Below, piece after piece: positions 29,407-39,081 of a DNA stretch of 64,000 bases (the first letter of the stretch is position 1; the number at the start of each line of letters is the position of its first letter). Under the pieces are notes generated by a model that saw only the letters and a list, made by a program, of their open reading frames with translations, made no database searches and was not told where the DNA came from. This DNA is from an uncultured Chitinophagaceae bacterium (lineage in GTDB: Bacteria; Bacteroidota; Ignavibacteria; UBA10030; UBA8401). Both the position numbers and the translations under genes were made by a program. The stretch spans positions 624,436 through 688,435 of the forward strand of contig CAYJMS010000001.1 of assembly GCA_964371615.1 (NCBI GenBank), read 5' to 3'.

Positions 29407-30764
29407 TCCGTCGCCTTGTTGCGTTTAATTCCGTCGTTGTATGCATCATGACAGCTCAGATCTCGCATGGCGATGCTGCTGTTCAACTAAAAAATATCGG
29501 CCTCACGGAGATGGAATCATATTCCATGCTGCTTGATCTTACATCAACGATTGGCCATCGTTTGAGCGGGTCTCCGGGATACGATAAGGCGGTAACGTGG
29601 GCTCAAAATAAATTACAACAGATCGGTGCGGATTCTGTCTGGTTGCAACCGGTCATGATTCCGAAGTGGGTACGGGGGAAAAAAGAAAAAGCGGTTTTGA
29701 AGTCACACGGGAAAGCTACTCATCTTTCCATTTGTGCTTTGAGTCCCAGTATCGCCACCCCGAAAAATGGTTTGTCTGCCAAAGTCATTGAAGTACAATC
29801 TCTCGAGGAAGCCGCTCAATTAGGAGAAAAAGCAAGAAGAAAGATCATATTTTTTAATCGTCCTTTCGACAAAACAACGGTCAATACGTTCGAGGCGTAC
29901 GGTAATGCCGTCGATCAGCGGGGGAGAGGTGCCGTTGTTGCCGCGCAGAATGGTGCCGTCGGTGTTTTAGTACGGTCCATGACAAATTCTTTGGATGATC
30001 ATCCTCATACCGGTACGATGCGATATTACGATTCAATTCCAAAAATCCCCGCAGCGGCGATCAGTACCATCGGTGCGGCACAATTAAGCGCTGCACTGAA
30101 ATCGGATCCCAATCTCGTCGTGCAGATGACAATGGATTGCCGCTTCATGGGCGATGTACCGTCATACAATGTTATCGGTCAGATAACGGGAAGCAAACAT
30201 CCCGAACAGATTGTTTTGATCGGAGCTCATCTGGATTCATGGGATAAAGGAACCGGCGCGCACGATGACGGTGCCGGGGTAGTGCAATGCATTGATGCCC
30301 TGCGAATGATCAACACACTTGGACAAAAACCCAAAAGAACCATTCGGTGCATACTTTTTGCAAACGAAGAGAACGGAATACGCGGAGCCCGAATGTATGC
30401 CGCATGGGCCCAACAATCATCCGATGCTCATATTGCTGCATTAGAAAGCGACGAAGGAGGCTTTACCCCGCGAGGATTTAGTATTACATCAGATACTGTT
30501 CAATTGAAGCAGATACTTACTTACCGAACCTTCCTGGATTTTGTTGGAGCGGATCGAATCACTACGGGGGGCGGTGGGGTGGACATTGATCAATTGCAGT
30601 CAAAAGAGACTGTGCGTATTGGATTAACACCTGACAACCAACGGTACTTCGATCTGCATCATTCCGATCTTGATACTATCGATAAAGTGCATCCCCGTGA
30701 ACTGGAATTGGGTAGCATTGCCATAGCAATCCTTACCTGGTGCATTTCACAGGACGGAATATAA
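29403..30764 (+). CDS. Secreted M28-family peptidase (aminopeptidase).
   Basis: Signal peptide. Zinc-ligand region IGAHLDSWDKGTGAHDDGAGVVQCIDALRMI and a FANEENGIRGA motif. Confidence 0.8.
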   Translation: MIRRLVAFNSVVVCIMTAQISHGDAAVQLKNIGLTEMESYSMLLDLTSTIGHRLSGSPGYDKAVTWAQNKLQQIGADSVWLQPVMIPKWVRGKKEKAVLKSHGKATHLSICALSPSIATPKNGLSAKVIEVQSLEEAAQLGEKARRKIIFFNRPFDKTTVNTFEAYGNAVDQRGRGAVVAAQNGAVGVLVRSMTNSLDDHPHTGTMRYYDSIPKIPAAAISTIGAAQLSAALKSDPNLVVQMTMDCRFMGDVPSYNVIGQITGSKHPEQIVLIGAHLDSWDKGTGAHDDGAGVVQCIDALRMINTLGQKPKRTIRCILFANEENGIRGARMYAAWAQQSSDAHIAALESDEGGFTPRGFSITSDTVQLKQILTYRTFLDFVGADRITTGGGGVDIDQLQSKETVRIGLTPDNQRYFDLHHSDLDTIDKVHPRELELGSIAIAILTWCISQDGI

Positions 30765-30794
30765 AACTCCCGCTCAGTTTTCTCTGATAATTAA

Positions 30795-30819
30795 GTGGCC
30801 TTTGGGCCACTTTTTTTTT
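30795..30819 (+). terminator. Rho-independent terminator after the M28 peptidase gene.
   Basis: GTGGCC-ttt-GGGCCAC followed by T9. Confidence 0.8.
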
Positions 30820-30841
30820 CTAAAATAACTCGTATAACAGC

Positions 30842-30879
30842 TTGACAATATACTACTAATTAGTTATATTATAATTAGT
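30842..30879 (+). promoter_or_regulatory. Canonical -35/-10 promoter (TTGACA-N17-TATATT) overlapped by two TAATTAGT boxes. This is the candidate MarR autoregulatory operator.
   Basis: TTGACA 30842-30847 and TATATT 30865-30870. The 10-bp palindrome ACTAATTAGT lies in the spacer (30855-30864). A second TAATTAGT copy sits at 30872-30879, just downstream of the -10. Confidence 0.5.
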
Positions 30880-30895
30880 AATAAATAGGAAATAT

Positions 30896-31357
30896 ATGAA
30901 TACAACAAAAAAATACGGTAAAAAAGCTGATTTAGCCCTCTCTATGTGGGTTAAAATGGTCAGATCAACCGATACACTGGCATTGCTTACCGGTCGCGAT
31001 ATAAACCAATACGGATTGACCCCGGCACAATTCAGTATTTTTGAGAGTTTAGGACATTTGGGTCCGATGAAGATTTGTGAAATTGGCGCAAAAAAACTGA
31101 TGTCCGGTGGAAATATGACCGTTGTGATCGATAATCTTGAGAAACAAGGAATGGTGGAACGGATTCGCTCAAAAGAAGATCGACGTGCTACATACATCCA
31201 ATTGACCGAAAAAGGGCAGAAGTTGTTTGATGAGGTTTTTGTGCGGCACGCCAAATTTGTTGAAGAAATTATCTGGTCCGTGCTCGATGAAAATGAAATT
31301 ATTCAGCTCTCAGGATTGTTAAAGAAACTCGGTATCGCCTTAAAAGACAGACTTTAA
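30896..31357 (+). CDS. MarR-family transcriptional regulator.
   Basis: Winged-HTH region LTPAQFSIFESLGHLGPMKICEIGAKKLMSGGNMTVVIDNLEKQGMVERIRSKEDRR and a size of 153 aa. Confidence 0.85.
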   Translation: MNTTKKYGKKADLALSMWVKMVRSTDTLALLTGRDINQYGLTPAQFSIFESLGHLGPMKICEIGAKKLMSGGNMTVVIDNLEKQGMVERIRSKEDRRATYIQLTEKGQKLFDEVFVRHAKFVEEIIWSVLDENEIIQLSGLLKKLGIALKDRL

Positions 31358-31430
31358 CGGACAAAGAAATTGAAATAGTATTCCAAACAACAACATCATT
31401 ACACAATATAAACAACCAGGGGATTCCACA

Positions 31431-32006
31431 ATGAAAAAACTATTTATACTGATCACCGTACTTTCGGTCATGGCAACTGCACAGACAAAATGGGGGCTGG
31501 ATCGTTCGCATAGTTATGTGAATTTTTCAGTATCGCACATGGTGATATCCGATGTGACGGGGACATTTAATGATTTCGAAACCGAAGTTGAGTCAATAAG
31601 TGATGATTTCAGCGATGCAAAGATCCATGTATCGATCAAAGCAAAAAGCATCGATACCGGCAATGAAGGCAGAGACAAACATCTTGCCAGCGCCGACTTT
31701 TTTAATGCAGGCAAAGACAGTATCGTTTCCTTTAAAAGCACGAGGATTGAAAAAGTGACGGGCGGACAATATAAGATTTATGGCGACCTGACAATGCGCG
31801 GCGTGACGAAGCAAGTAGTTCTCGATGCGCAATACAAAGGGAAAGCAAAAAATCCATGGGGGAAAACCATTGCTGCGTTCAAAGCCAATACCACAGTCAA
31901 TCGCAAGGAGTGGGGTTTAAACTGGAATAAAGCGCTCGAAGCAGGCGGAGTATTGGTCGGAGAAAATGTTGATATCACGATCGCTGTTCAGCTTGTTCAG
32001 GGATAA
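31431..32006 (+). CDS. YceI-family periplasmic (polyisoprenoid / quinone-binding) protein.
   Basis: Signal peptide and a YceI-like core (…WGLDRSHSYVNFSVSHMVISDVTGTFNDFE…). Confidence 0.8.
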   Translation: MKKLFILITVLSVMATAQTKWGLDRSHSYVNFSVSHMVISDVTGTFNDFETEVESISDDFSDAKIHVSIKAKSIDTGNEGRDKHLASADFFNAGKDSIVSFKSTRIEKVTGGQYKIYGDLTMRGVTKQVVLDAQYKGKAKNPWGKTIAAFKANTTVNRKEWGLNWNKALEAGGVLVGENVDITIAVQLVQG

Positions 32007-32062
32007 TACAATAAAAATACAGCCGGTCTCTCCGCGGGTCCGAAAGGCGGATCAAAATCCGG

Positions 32063-32656
32063 ATGACCGGCATTTTAATACCAATGAATACTCTACAACC
32101 AATGCATCCCTACCATTTTGTGGGAATATCAGGAAGTTTGAGAAAAGGGTCGTACAACACTTCGCTTCTTCGGGCAGCGGAGTCGTTACTTCCTGTGTCG
32201 GTAACATTTGAATCGGCCGAGATTGGTGAATTGCCGATGTTTAATACCGATCTGGAATCACCGGATCAGCTCGGACGAGTTGCAAAATTCAGGGAAATCC
32301 TGCGCACTGCGGATGCTCTTGTTATTTCATCCCCGGAATATAACTATTCGATACCGGGAGTCTTAAAGAATGCGATCGATTGGGCGTCGAGAGGAAAAGA
32401 CTCCCCGCTATTGAACAAACCGGTCGCCATCCTGGGCGCCTCACCGGGTATGCTCGGTACGGCACGAATGCAAATGCATCTACGGCAGGTGTTTTTGTAT
32501 AATAATATGATACCGGTCAATAAGCCGGAGGTATTTGTGAGCCAGGCACAGACGAAATTTGACCCCGAAGGGAATTTAACCGACGAGAAAACTCGTCAAA
32601 CAATCCGACAGCAAATGGAAGCCTTATTTGTTTTGGCAAAGCAAAAAAAACAATAA
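32063..32656 (+). CDS. NAD(P)H-dependent FMN reductase (ChrR / AzoR-like quinone reductase).
   Basis: Flavodoxin-like motif GISGSLRKGSYNTSLLRAA, plus …VISSPEYNYSIPGVLKNAIDWAS. The start may be one of the internal Met codons (32084 or 32102). Confidence 0.8.
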   Translation: MTGILIPMNTLQPMHPYHFVGISGSLRKGSYNTSLLRAAESLLPVSVTFESAEIGELPMFNTDLESPDQLGRVAKFREILRTADALVISSPEYNYSIPGVLKNAIDWASRGKDSPLLNKPVAILGASPGMLGTARMQMHLRQVFLYNNMIPVNKPEVFVSQAQTKFDPEGNLTDEKTRQTIRQQMEALFVLAKQKKQ

Positions 32657-32693
32657 CATGTAAACTGCTGATTTTTGTTGGAGAAATGAAACA

Positions 32694-33638
32694 ATGAAAA
32701 GTTCAATTTTAGGAATTCACCATATTACGGCGATGGCCAGCGATGCTCAGCAAAATGTCGATTTTTACGTTCAGGCTCTGGGACTTCGTTTCGTCAAAAA
32801 ATCAATCAATCAGGACGCTCCCGGCGTTTATCACCTGTATTATGGCGACGAAGCCGGGAGTCCCGGAACGGCGATGACATTCTTTCCGTTCGGAAGGGCC
32901 GCTCGCGGTACCCGCGGGAACGGTGAAGTTTCCCGCGTTGCTTTTTCTGTCCCTGTTGCATCAAAGGAATTTTGGGCGGGACATCTCTCAAAAAACGGGG
33001 TCCATTTTGACGGACCGACAACACGGTTCAGAGAAGAACTCATAACGTTTCTCGATCCGGACGGTATGGTTATAGACCTTGTGTTCACCGATAAACACCT
33101 CTTGAAGCATCCATGGAAGAAAAGTTCTGTTCCTGTCGAGCATGCGATACGGGGATTCCATGGGGTGACCATAAATTTGGCGTCGGCAGACCCATCCGTG
33201 AAAGTATTGCAGGATATTCTCGGATTTCGACAATCCGATTCAGCAGGGAATCGGCACAGGTTCTTGATTGGTACGGGAAACGATGAAGCTGCGATCGACA
33301 TCGTTGTCGATCCGGCGGCGCCATACGTCCGTCAGTCGGCAGGATCGGTGCACCACATTGCCTGGAGAGTGGCCGATTTTGAAGCACATGAAGAGTGGTA
33401 TAAACATGTGACCGGAAATGGGCTTTCGTCGAGCGATATCATCGACCGGTTTTATTTCCATTCCATTTATTTTCGAGAACCCGGCGGTATTCTGTACGAG
33501 ATTGCCAGCGATAATCCCGGATTTACCGTCGATGAACCGCTGGAATCATTAGGATCGAAGTTGGTTCTACCGCCGTGGTATGAAGTCCAGCGGGAGAAGA
33601 TCGAAAGTTCACTGCCCCCAATTGTGATACCGTCATGA
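32694..33638 (+). CDS. VOC-superfamily ring-cleaving (extradiol) dioxygenase, MhqO/MhqE-like, two-domain.
   Basis: Glyoxalase / extradiol modules: N-terminal IHHITAMASDAQQNVDFYVQALGLRFVKK and a second HHIAWRV…FYFHSIYFREPGGILYEIA module. Confidence 0.8.
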   Translation: MKSSILGIHHITAMASDAQQNVDFYVQALGLRFVKKSINQDAPGVYHLYYGDEAGSPGTAMTFFPFGRAARGTRGNGEVSRVAFSVPVASKEFWAGHLSKNGVHFDGPTTRFREELITFLDPDGMVIDLVFTDKHLLKHPWKKSSVPVEHAIRGFHGVTINLASADPSVKVLQDILGFRQSDSAGNRHRFLIGTGNDEAAIDIVVDPAAPYVRQSAGSVHHIAWRVADFEAHEEWYKHVTGNGLSSSDIIDRFYFHSIYFREPGGILYEIASDNPGFTVDEPLESLGSKLVLPPWYEVQREKIESSLPPIVIPS

Positions 33639-34300
33639 TAAAAGAATTAACCATACCAACAACAGCGGATTCTCCGCATGGGGGATCAAAAATATTAACA
33701 ATGGGGAGAAATCTCTCCGGTGCCGGCGCAGCAATGATAATGATTCACGGCCGCGGCGCGACAGCTGAAAGCATTCTGGAGTTGGCAAACTATTTTGATC
33801 AACAGCATGTCGCCTATATTGCCCCGCAAGCCGTGAACAACGTCTGGTATCCGTATAGTTTTCTCACTCCGGAAGAAAAAAATGAGCCTCATTTGTCGTC
33901 GGCATTAAATACGATTTCCGATATCGTCCGTTTTGTATCGCACGGCGGAATACCGACGGACAAGATCATGCTCCTGGGATTTTCTCAGGGGGCATGTCTG
34001 GCGTTGGAATGGACAGCACGACAGGAAGAGAATATTTCCGCAGTGTTTGGACTGAGCGGCGGATTGATAGGGCCAACGATTGCGCCGCAAAAATACCGGG
34101 GACCGCTGCCCCGAACCGCAGTCTTTCTGGGATGCAGCGATGTTGATTTTCATATTCCAAAGGAAAGAGTCATTGAATCTGCCGGTATGTTCAGAACCCT
34201 GAAAGCCGATGTAACAATGAGATTGTATGAAAATATGGGACATACCGTGAATCAGGACGAAGTCGAATTCATCACACACCATATCGAAACAATGCTGTGA
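33635..34300 (+). CDS. Alpha/beta-hydrolase of the phospholipase/carboxylesterase type (MhqD-like).
   Basis: Nucleophile elbow GFSQGA and a size and topology typical of PF02230 esterases. ATGA overlap with the upstream gene. Confidence 0.75.
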   Translation: MIKELTIPTTADSPHGGSKILTMGRNLSGAGAAMIMIHGRGATAESILELANYFDQQHVAYIAPQAVNNVWYPYSFLTPEEKNEPHLSSALNTISDIVRFVSHGGIPTDKIMLLGFSQGACLALEWTARQEENISAVFGLSGGLIGPTIAPQKYRGPLPRTAVFLGCSDVDFHIPKERVIESAGMFRTLKADVTMRLYENMGHTVNQDEVEFITHHIETML

Positions 34301-35031
34301 CAATGGCTGGTGAAAATATTGTATATAAGGCCGAGGAACGTCAAACGACGGTACATAGTTGGGGCCTGGAATCGGAGATGCTGTATGGCGGCACCGATGA
34401 GAAATTTCTCGGTTTCGGTGACCTTGTTCAGCTTTCGAGAGTGAGGTTCCATCCCGGTTATTCATCGACACCGATGACCGTACTGCGTAATATCGAAATG
34501 ATAGACATTATTCTTAGCGGGAGTGCGGGATATCAGGACAGTGCCGGAGTGAATGCCACCTATCCGGAGAATACGCTGCACATTGTATCGGCTGGAAAGG
34601 GAATGTACCGTTCCGAATTCAATGCGTCGCATGATAGACCGCTTGAAAAATTACAGATTGGTATTTTGCCCGCCCGGTTGAATACCGATCCGATCCGCAC
34701 CAAAGCATTGTTCGACCTGGACGCTCATCGGAATTCGCTGGTAACGCTTCTGTCGCCGTATTCCGATGCGTCGGCGTTGTCGATCAGACAGCAAGCAGTC
34801 ATGGTTATGGGAAAATTCGATGCAGGGAAGCAAATTGTGTATGATGTAAGCGAACGAACCACCGGTTTGTTCCTCTTTGTCGTCAGCGGAATCGTTACGG
34901 TCGGTGATTTTCAGTTGCGCCACAACGATGGCATCGGGATGCGATCGCCCGAAAGGATTGCGGTAACATTTGCGGAAGAATCAATGTTACTCATAATGGA
35001 ATTAGAAATGCCCATTCAGGAGAATACATGA
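34297..35031 (+). CDS. Pirin-like cupin protein.
   Basis: Bicupin-like 244-aa protein. N-terminal cupin segment …FHPGYSSTPMTVLRNIEMIDIILSGSAGYQDSAG… Assigned on weak overall similarity. Confidence 0.45.
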   Translation: MTMAGENIVYKAEERQTTVHSWGLESEMLYGGTDEKFLGFGDLVQLSRVRFHPGYSSTPMTVLRNIEMIDIILSGSAGYQDSAGVNATYPENTLHIVSAGKGMYRSEFNASHDRPLEKLQIGILPARLNTDPIRTKALFDLDAHRNSLVTLLSPYSDASALSIRQQAVMVMGKFDAGKQIVYDVSERTTGLFLFVVSGIVTVGDFQLRHNDGIGMRSPERIAVTFAEESMLLIMELEMPIQENT

Positions 35032-35327
35032 AGACATATATGGTGGAAGTACAAATACCGTACAATCCCTCCCAGGAATTTTTTGCATTGATCCCGACGC
35101 AGAGGGCGACGGTCGCCGAATTGATGTCGCAACGAAAGTTTCTGAGCTATACATTATCAGCAGACCGTCTGAAACTCTGGGTGGTGATGAACGCTGAGGA
35201 CGAGTCGGACGCGCGGCAGATTCTCGCCCGTCAGCCGATGGATAAATACTTCAGATATACTTCGTTCCGCGAATTAATGTTCCATGAAATGGCGGGATTA
35301 ATGTTTCCCCAGGTATCGTTGAATTAA
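35028..35327 (+). CDS. Muconolactone delta-isomerase-like small protein.
   Basis: 99 aa with beta-alpha-beta architecture and a sequence pattern (MKTYMVEVQIPYNP…) reminiscent of the MIase family. Low confidence. Confidence 0.4.
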   Translation: MKTYMVEVQIPYNPSQEFFALIPTQRATVAELMSQRKFLSYTLSADRLKLWVVMNAEDESDARQILARQPMDKYFRYTSFRELMFHEMAGLMFPQVSLN

Positions 35328-35328
35328 A

Positions 35329-36144
35329 ATGAAACTGCACGACCTTAAAAATATTACCGATGATTTCACGACAACGGATGCATTGCCGGTACTGTTCGTC
35401 GGCCATGGAAATCCGATGAATGCTATTGAGGATAATACGTTCAGCCGGACATGGAAGGCTATCGGGAAGCAACTCCCTGTTCCCTCGGCGATCCTGTCGA
35501 TTTCCGCGCATTGGCTCACCCGTGGAACGCGGGTTACCGCAATGGAAAAGCCGAAGACTATTCACGATTTCGGCGGATTTCCAGAATCGTTATATCAACA
35601 GATCTATCCTGCCCCCGGAGCGCCACGATTGGCAGAGCAGACGCAGATGATGCTTCCGCAGCACCACGTGATGTTGGACTACGATTGGGGATTTGATCAC
35701 GGCACATGGAGTGTTCTTATTCAAATGTTTCCGGAGGCGAATATTCCGGTGTTCCAATTAAGCATCGATTATACCAAACCGATGGAGTATCATTACCAAC
35801 TGGCGCAGGAACTACAGGCGCTTCGCAGGCGAGGGGTGCTGATTATCGGCAGCGGCAACATCGTACACAATTTGCAGTCAATCCGTATTGGCAGCCATGA
35901 ACCGTACGATTGGGCCGTCGATTTCGATGAAAAAATAGCCGGTTGGATTCATGAGAGAGATCATTCGTCAATCGTCCAATTTCAGAACCTCGGCAGCCTT
36001 GCAACATTGGCACATCCCACGTATGATCATTTCCTACCGCTGATGTATATACTCGGATTGCAAGGCAAAAACGACAATCCGGAATTCTTTAATACGGAAT
36101 TCGATATGGGTTCCGTTTCGATGCGGTCTGTGATTTTTCGCTGA
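35329..36144 (+). CDS. ygiD: Class III extradiol dioxygenase, YgiD / 4,5-DOPA-dioxygenase family.
   Basis: Conserved N-terminus LPVLFVGHGNPMNAIEDNTF…ILSISAHW and …HDFGGFPESLYQQIYPAPGAP. A further SIDYTKPMEYHYQLAQEL segment supports the call. Confidence 0.8.
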   Translation: MKLHDLKNITDDFTTTDALPVLFVGHGNPMNAIEDNTFSRTWKAIGKQLPVPSAILSISAHWLTRGTRVTAMEKPKTIHDFGGFPESLYQQIYPAPGAPRLAEQTQMMLPQHHVMLDYDWGFDHGTWSVLIQMFPEANIPVFQLSIDYTKPMEYHYQLAQELQALRRRGVLIIGSGNIVHNLQSIRIGSHEPYDWAVDFDEKIAGWIHERDHSSIVQFQNLGSLATLAHPTYDHFLPLMYILGLQGKNDNPEFFNTEFDMGSVSMRSVIFR

Positions 36145-36177
36145 ATGTGATCGAATTTTTCTGGAATGTTAAAACGA

Positions 36178-36205
36178 AAGTCCGCCAAAAGCGGACTTTT
36201 TTGTT
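36178..36205 (+). terminator. Rho-independent terminator closing the MarR island.
   Basis: AAAGTCCGC-caaaa-GCGGACTTT followed by TTTTGTTT. Confidence 0.85.
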
Positions 36206-36247
36206 TGGTAAAATAGTCGTAGATTCTTAAAAGTAAGAAAAATCAAT

Positions 36248-37645
36248 ATGCCCTCAATTTCCAACGAAATATACAGAGAAATTTTCTGCTGTCTGCAGGA
36301 TCTTGCATTTGTTATCGATAATCAGACAAAAGTATTGGATTTCAATACGAAGGCCGAGGGGCGAGGATTTTCCGGTCCGGTATTGTCCGATTGCTTTGAA
36401 GATTCCGGTAAACAGCAACTCATGGCGGCAATCAGGGGAGAAGTTACTTCCTTCCGATCGGAATTTTATATCTCGAAGCACGAACACATGTTCACCGAGG
36501 TGACAGTCAGTTCTGTCGAATTAAATTCTCATCCTGTCTATCTGGTTGTCGTCAGGGATATCACCCAATTGCACGATAAAGAACTCGACTTGCTGCGATT
36601 TTCTGAAGTGATTCACCGAACGGTAAATCCCATCCAGATTACCAATACCGAGGGAAAAATTATCTACGCAAATCCCGCTTACGTGAACATCAGCGGATAC
36701 TCGAAGGAAGAGTTGCTGGGAAAGAATCCAAGCATACTGAACAGCGGTAAGCACTCCCGTGAGTTCTGGAACAGCGTATGGTCGCAGATACTTACCGGCC
36801 AGCAATGGGTCGGGCAGATTCAGAACAAGAGGAAGAACGGAGAACTGTTTTATACCGAGCTCGTTATCTCACCGATCATCGATGAAGATAAAAAAGTGAT
36901 TGGATTTCTGGGTGCGCACCGGGATATTACCGAACAGAAGATACTCGAGCAGCAAATTGTGCGATCTCAGAAAATGGAAACCTTCGGCACACTGGCTGCC
37001 GGTATTGCTCACGAAGTGGGAAATCCACTGACCTCCATCTCTTCGATCGTGCAGATTCTCCACCGATCGACCACCGATGATTTCACTAAGGACAAGCTGG
37101 AGCTGGTAAAAAATCAAATTAACCGTATCACCAAGATTATTCGTGAATTGGTCGATTTCTCTCGTCCCTCGCCGCATATTGTACAGGATGTTGAGGTCAA
37201 CACAGTGATCAAGGAAGCGTTGAATATCGTGCAGTACGGCAAAAAAGTACGGTCGATTACCTTTACTTCGAATCTTCAGGATCAGCTTCCGGCAGTGACA
37301 GTCGTCTATGACCAATTAGTACAGGTATTTTTGAATATCCTGATGAATGCCGTCGATGCATGCGAGAATAAGCCGAGTTCCATTTCGGTGTCGTCGCAAT
37401 TGAAGAGTGACCGGGTGGAAGTGACCATGAGCGATACGGGAGAGGGAATCAGCGAACTGAATCTTCAGAAGATATTCGACCCGTTCTTCACGACCAAGGA
37501 AGCCGGCAAGGGAACCGGATTGGGATTGTGGGTCAGTCTGGGGATCATCAAGAATTTTGGCGGGGATATCCGCGTGGAAAGCGAATTGGATAGAGGAACG
37601 ACATTTATAGTGACATTACCGACGAAAGGCGTGAAAAATGGCTGA
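36248..37645 (+). CDS. PAS-domain sensor histidine kinase.
   Basis: Two PAS-like regions, HisKA box IAHEVGNPLTSI, and HATPase motifs (NILMNAVDA, DTGEGI, GTGLGL). Confidence 0.85.
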   Translation: MPSISNEIYREIFCCLQDLAFVIDNQTKVLDFNTKAEGRGFSGPVLSDCFEDSGKQQLMAAIRGEVTSFRSEFYISKHEHMFTEVTVSSVELNSHPVYLVVVRDITQLHDKELDLLRFSEVIHRTVNPIQITNTEGKIIYANPAYVNISGYSKEELLGKNPSILNSGKHSREFWNSVWSQILTGQQWVGQIQNKRKNGELFYTELVISPIIDEDKKVIGFLGAHRDITEQKILEQQIVRSQKMETFGTLAAGIAHEVGNPLTSISSIVQILHRSTTDDFTKDKLELVKNQINRITKIIRELVDFSRPSPHIVQDVEVNTVIKEALNIVQYGKKVRSITFTSNLQDQLPAVTVVYDQLVQVFLNILMNAVDACENKPSSISVSSQLKSDRVEVTMSDTGEGISELNLQKIFDPFFTTKEAGKGTGLGLWVSLGIIKNFGGDIRVESELDRGTTFIVTLPTKGVKNG

Positions 37646-39011
37646 ACGAATTTTGGTTGTGGATGATGAAGAAATTATCCGCGAATCCATTGCAATGATC
37701 CTCGAAAAAGAGGGATATAAGGTCGACAAGGCGGAAAACGGCGGAAGTGCCTTCGAAAAGATCTCTGCCATATCGTACGACCTGGTCATCACCGATATTG
37801 AAATGCCTGTGATGCGGGGTGTCGAGCTTTTAGAAAGGATCGGTCAACGATCCCCCCAGACATTCGTCATCATCATTACCGCCTACGGCTCGGTAGAAAC
37901 GGCCATCGGTGCCCTCCGGAAAGGGGCGTACGACTATATCTTAAAACCGATCGAATTCGATGATCTGCTCTTTCGCGTGAAGAAACTGTTCGAACACCGG
38001 AATGTTGTTCTGGAAAACGCCCTGTTAAAACAAGAGATCAACAGAAAATATGATTTTCATAATATCATCGGTAAAAGCGATGCGATGAAAAGGGTTTTTT
38101 CAACAATCGAAAAAGTCTCGACCAGTGACGGAACGGTACTGGTTTCGGGAAGCAGCGGAACGGGAAAAGAGCTGGTGGCGAGGGCGATTCATTTCCACAG
38201 TGCACGAAAAAATAAACGCTTTGTCGCCGTCAATTGCGGCGCAATTGTCGAAACACTCTTTGAAAGCGAATTGTTCGGACATAAGAAGGGCTCGTTTACC
38301 GGTGCCGTAAGCGACAAAGACGGCGTGTTCAAAGTTGCTCATGGCGGAACCCTGCTGCTCGACGAGATCAGCGAGATGCCGTTTCAAATGCAGGTGAAAT
38401 TACTGCGGGCACTCGAGCAGCATGAGATCTATCCGGTCGGCAGCAACGATGCGATCTCCATCGACGTGCGGATTATTGCGGCCACCAACAGGAATCTGAA
38501 GGAAGAAATCGCAAAAGGGAAGTTCCGGGAGGATCTCTATTACCGGTTAAATGTGGTCGAGATCCATCTGCCCGAACTGAAGGAACGAATCGACGATATT
38601 CCTCTGTTGGTCAATAATTTTATTGCAGACCTTCGTACGGAGATGGGAAAGAACATTAAAGGAATCACCAATCAGGCGATGAACGCATTGATCCGTCACA
38701 CCTGGAAAGGACAGGTTCGCGAACTTCAAAATGTCGTGGAACGCGCCATGATTTTCTGCGATGCGGAATATCTGGATGTCACGCACCTTCCCGAGGATAT
38801 TCAGCGTCTGGTCGATTCGACCTCTCCGTCAATGCCGGCGGATACGTTGTCATTGAAAGATGCCGTACGGAATTTCGAACGGCAATTCATCGAATCAAAG
38901 CTGAAAGATGCCAACTCCGATAAAGAAAAAGTCGCCGCGGAACTGGGATTGAGCCTTTCTACCCTGTATCGAAAGATGGAAGAATTGCACATTCCCCTGA
39001 AGAATAAATAG
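37638..39011 (+). CDS. Sigma54-dependent response regulator (NtrC-family enhancer-binding protein).
   Basis: Receiver domain (ILVVDDEE…DLVITDIEMP). AAA+ sigma54-interaction domain (GSSGTGKELVARAIH, the GAFTGA-like GSFTGAVSDKDGVFKVAHGGTLLLDEI, and ESELFGH). C-terminal Fis-type HTH. Overlaps the kinase gene by 8 nt. Confidence 0.9.
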   Translation: MAERILVVDDEEIIRESIAMILEKEGYKVDKAENGGSAFEKISAISYDLVITDIEMPVMRGVELLERIGQRSPQTFVIIITAYGSVETAIGALRKGAYDYILKPIEFDDLLFRVKKLFEHRNVVLENALLKQEINRKYDFHNIIGKSDAMKRVFSTIEKVSTSDGTVLVSGSSGTGKELVARAIHFHSARKNKRFVAVNCGAIVETLFESELFGHKKGSFTGAVSDKDGVFKVAHGGTLLLDEISEMPFQMQVKLLRALEQHEIYPVGSNDAISIDVRIIAATNRNLKEEIAKGKFREDLYYRLNVVEIHLPELKERIDDIPLLVNNFIADLRTEMGKNIKGITNQAMNALIRHTWKGQVRELQNVVERAMIFCDAEYLDVTHLPEDIQRLVDSTSPSMPADTLSLKDAVRNFERQFIESKLKDANSDKEKVAAELGLSLSTLYRKMEELHIPLKNK

Positions 39012-39081
39012 CAATGGATGTTTGGCAGTCATTTTATGAACCGTCGTAGTATCGGTACCACATTTAGAATCAGGAGGCGCC

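Noticed and set aside
32007-32062. Possible hairpin or terminator between yceI and the FMN-reductase gene (CCGCGGGTCCGAAAGGCGGATC).
   Set aside because: Only a 4-bp stem can be formed and there is no T-tract. It is more likely just an intergenic spacer within the operon.
39020-39040. TGGCAG-N5-TTATG upstream of pckG looked like a sigma54 -24/-12 element.
   Set aside because: The -12 GC dinucleotide is replaced by AT (TTAT instead of TTGC). The match is much weaker than the element at 41068-41083.
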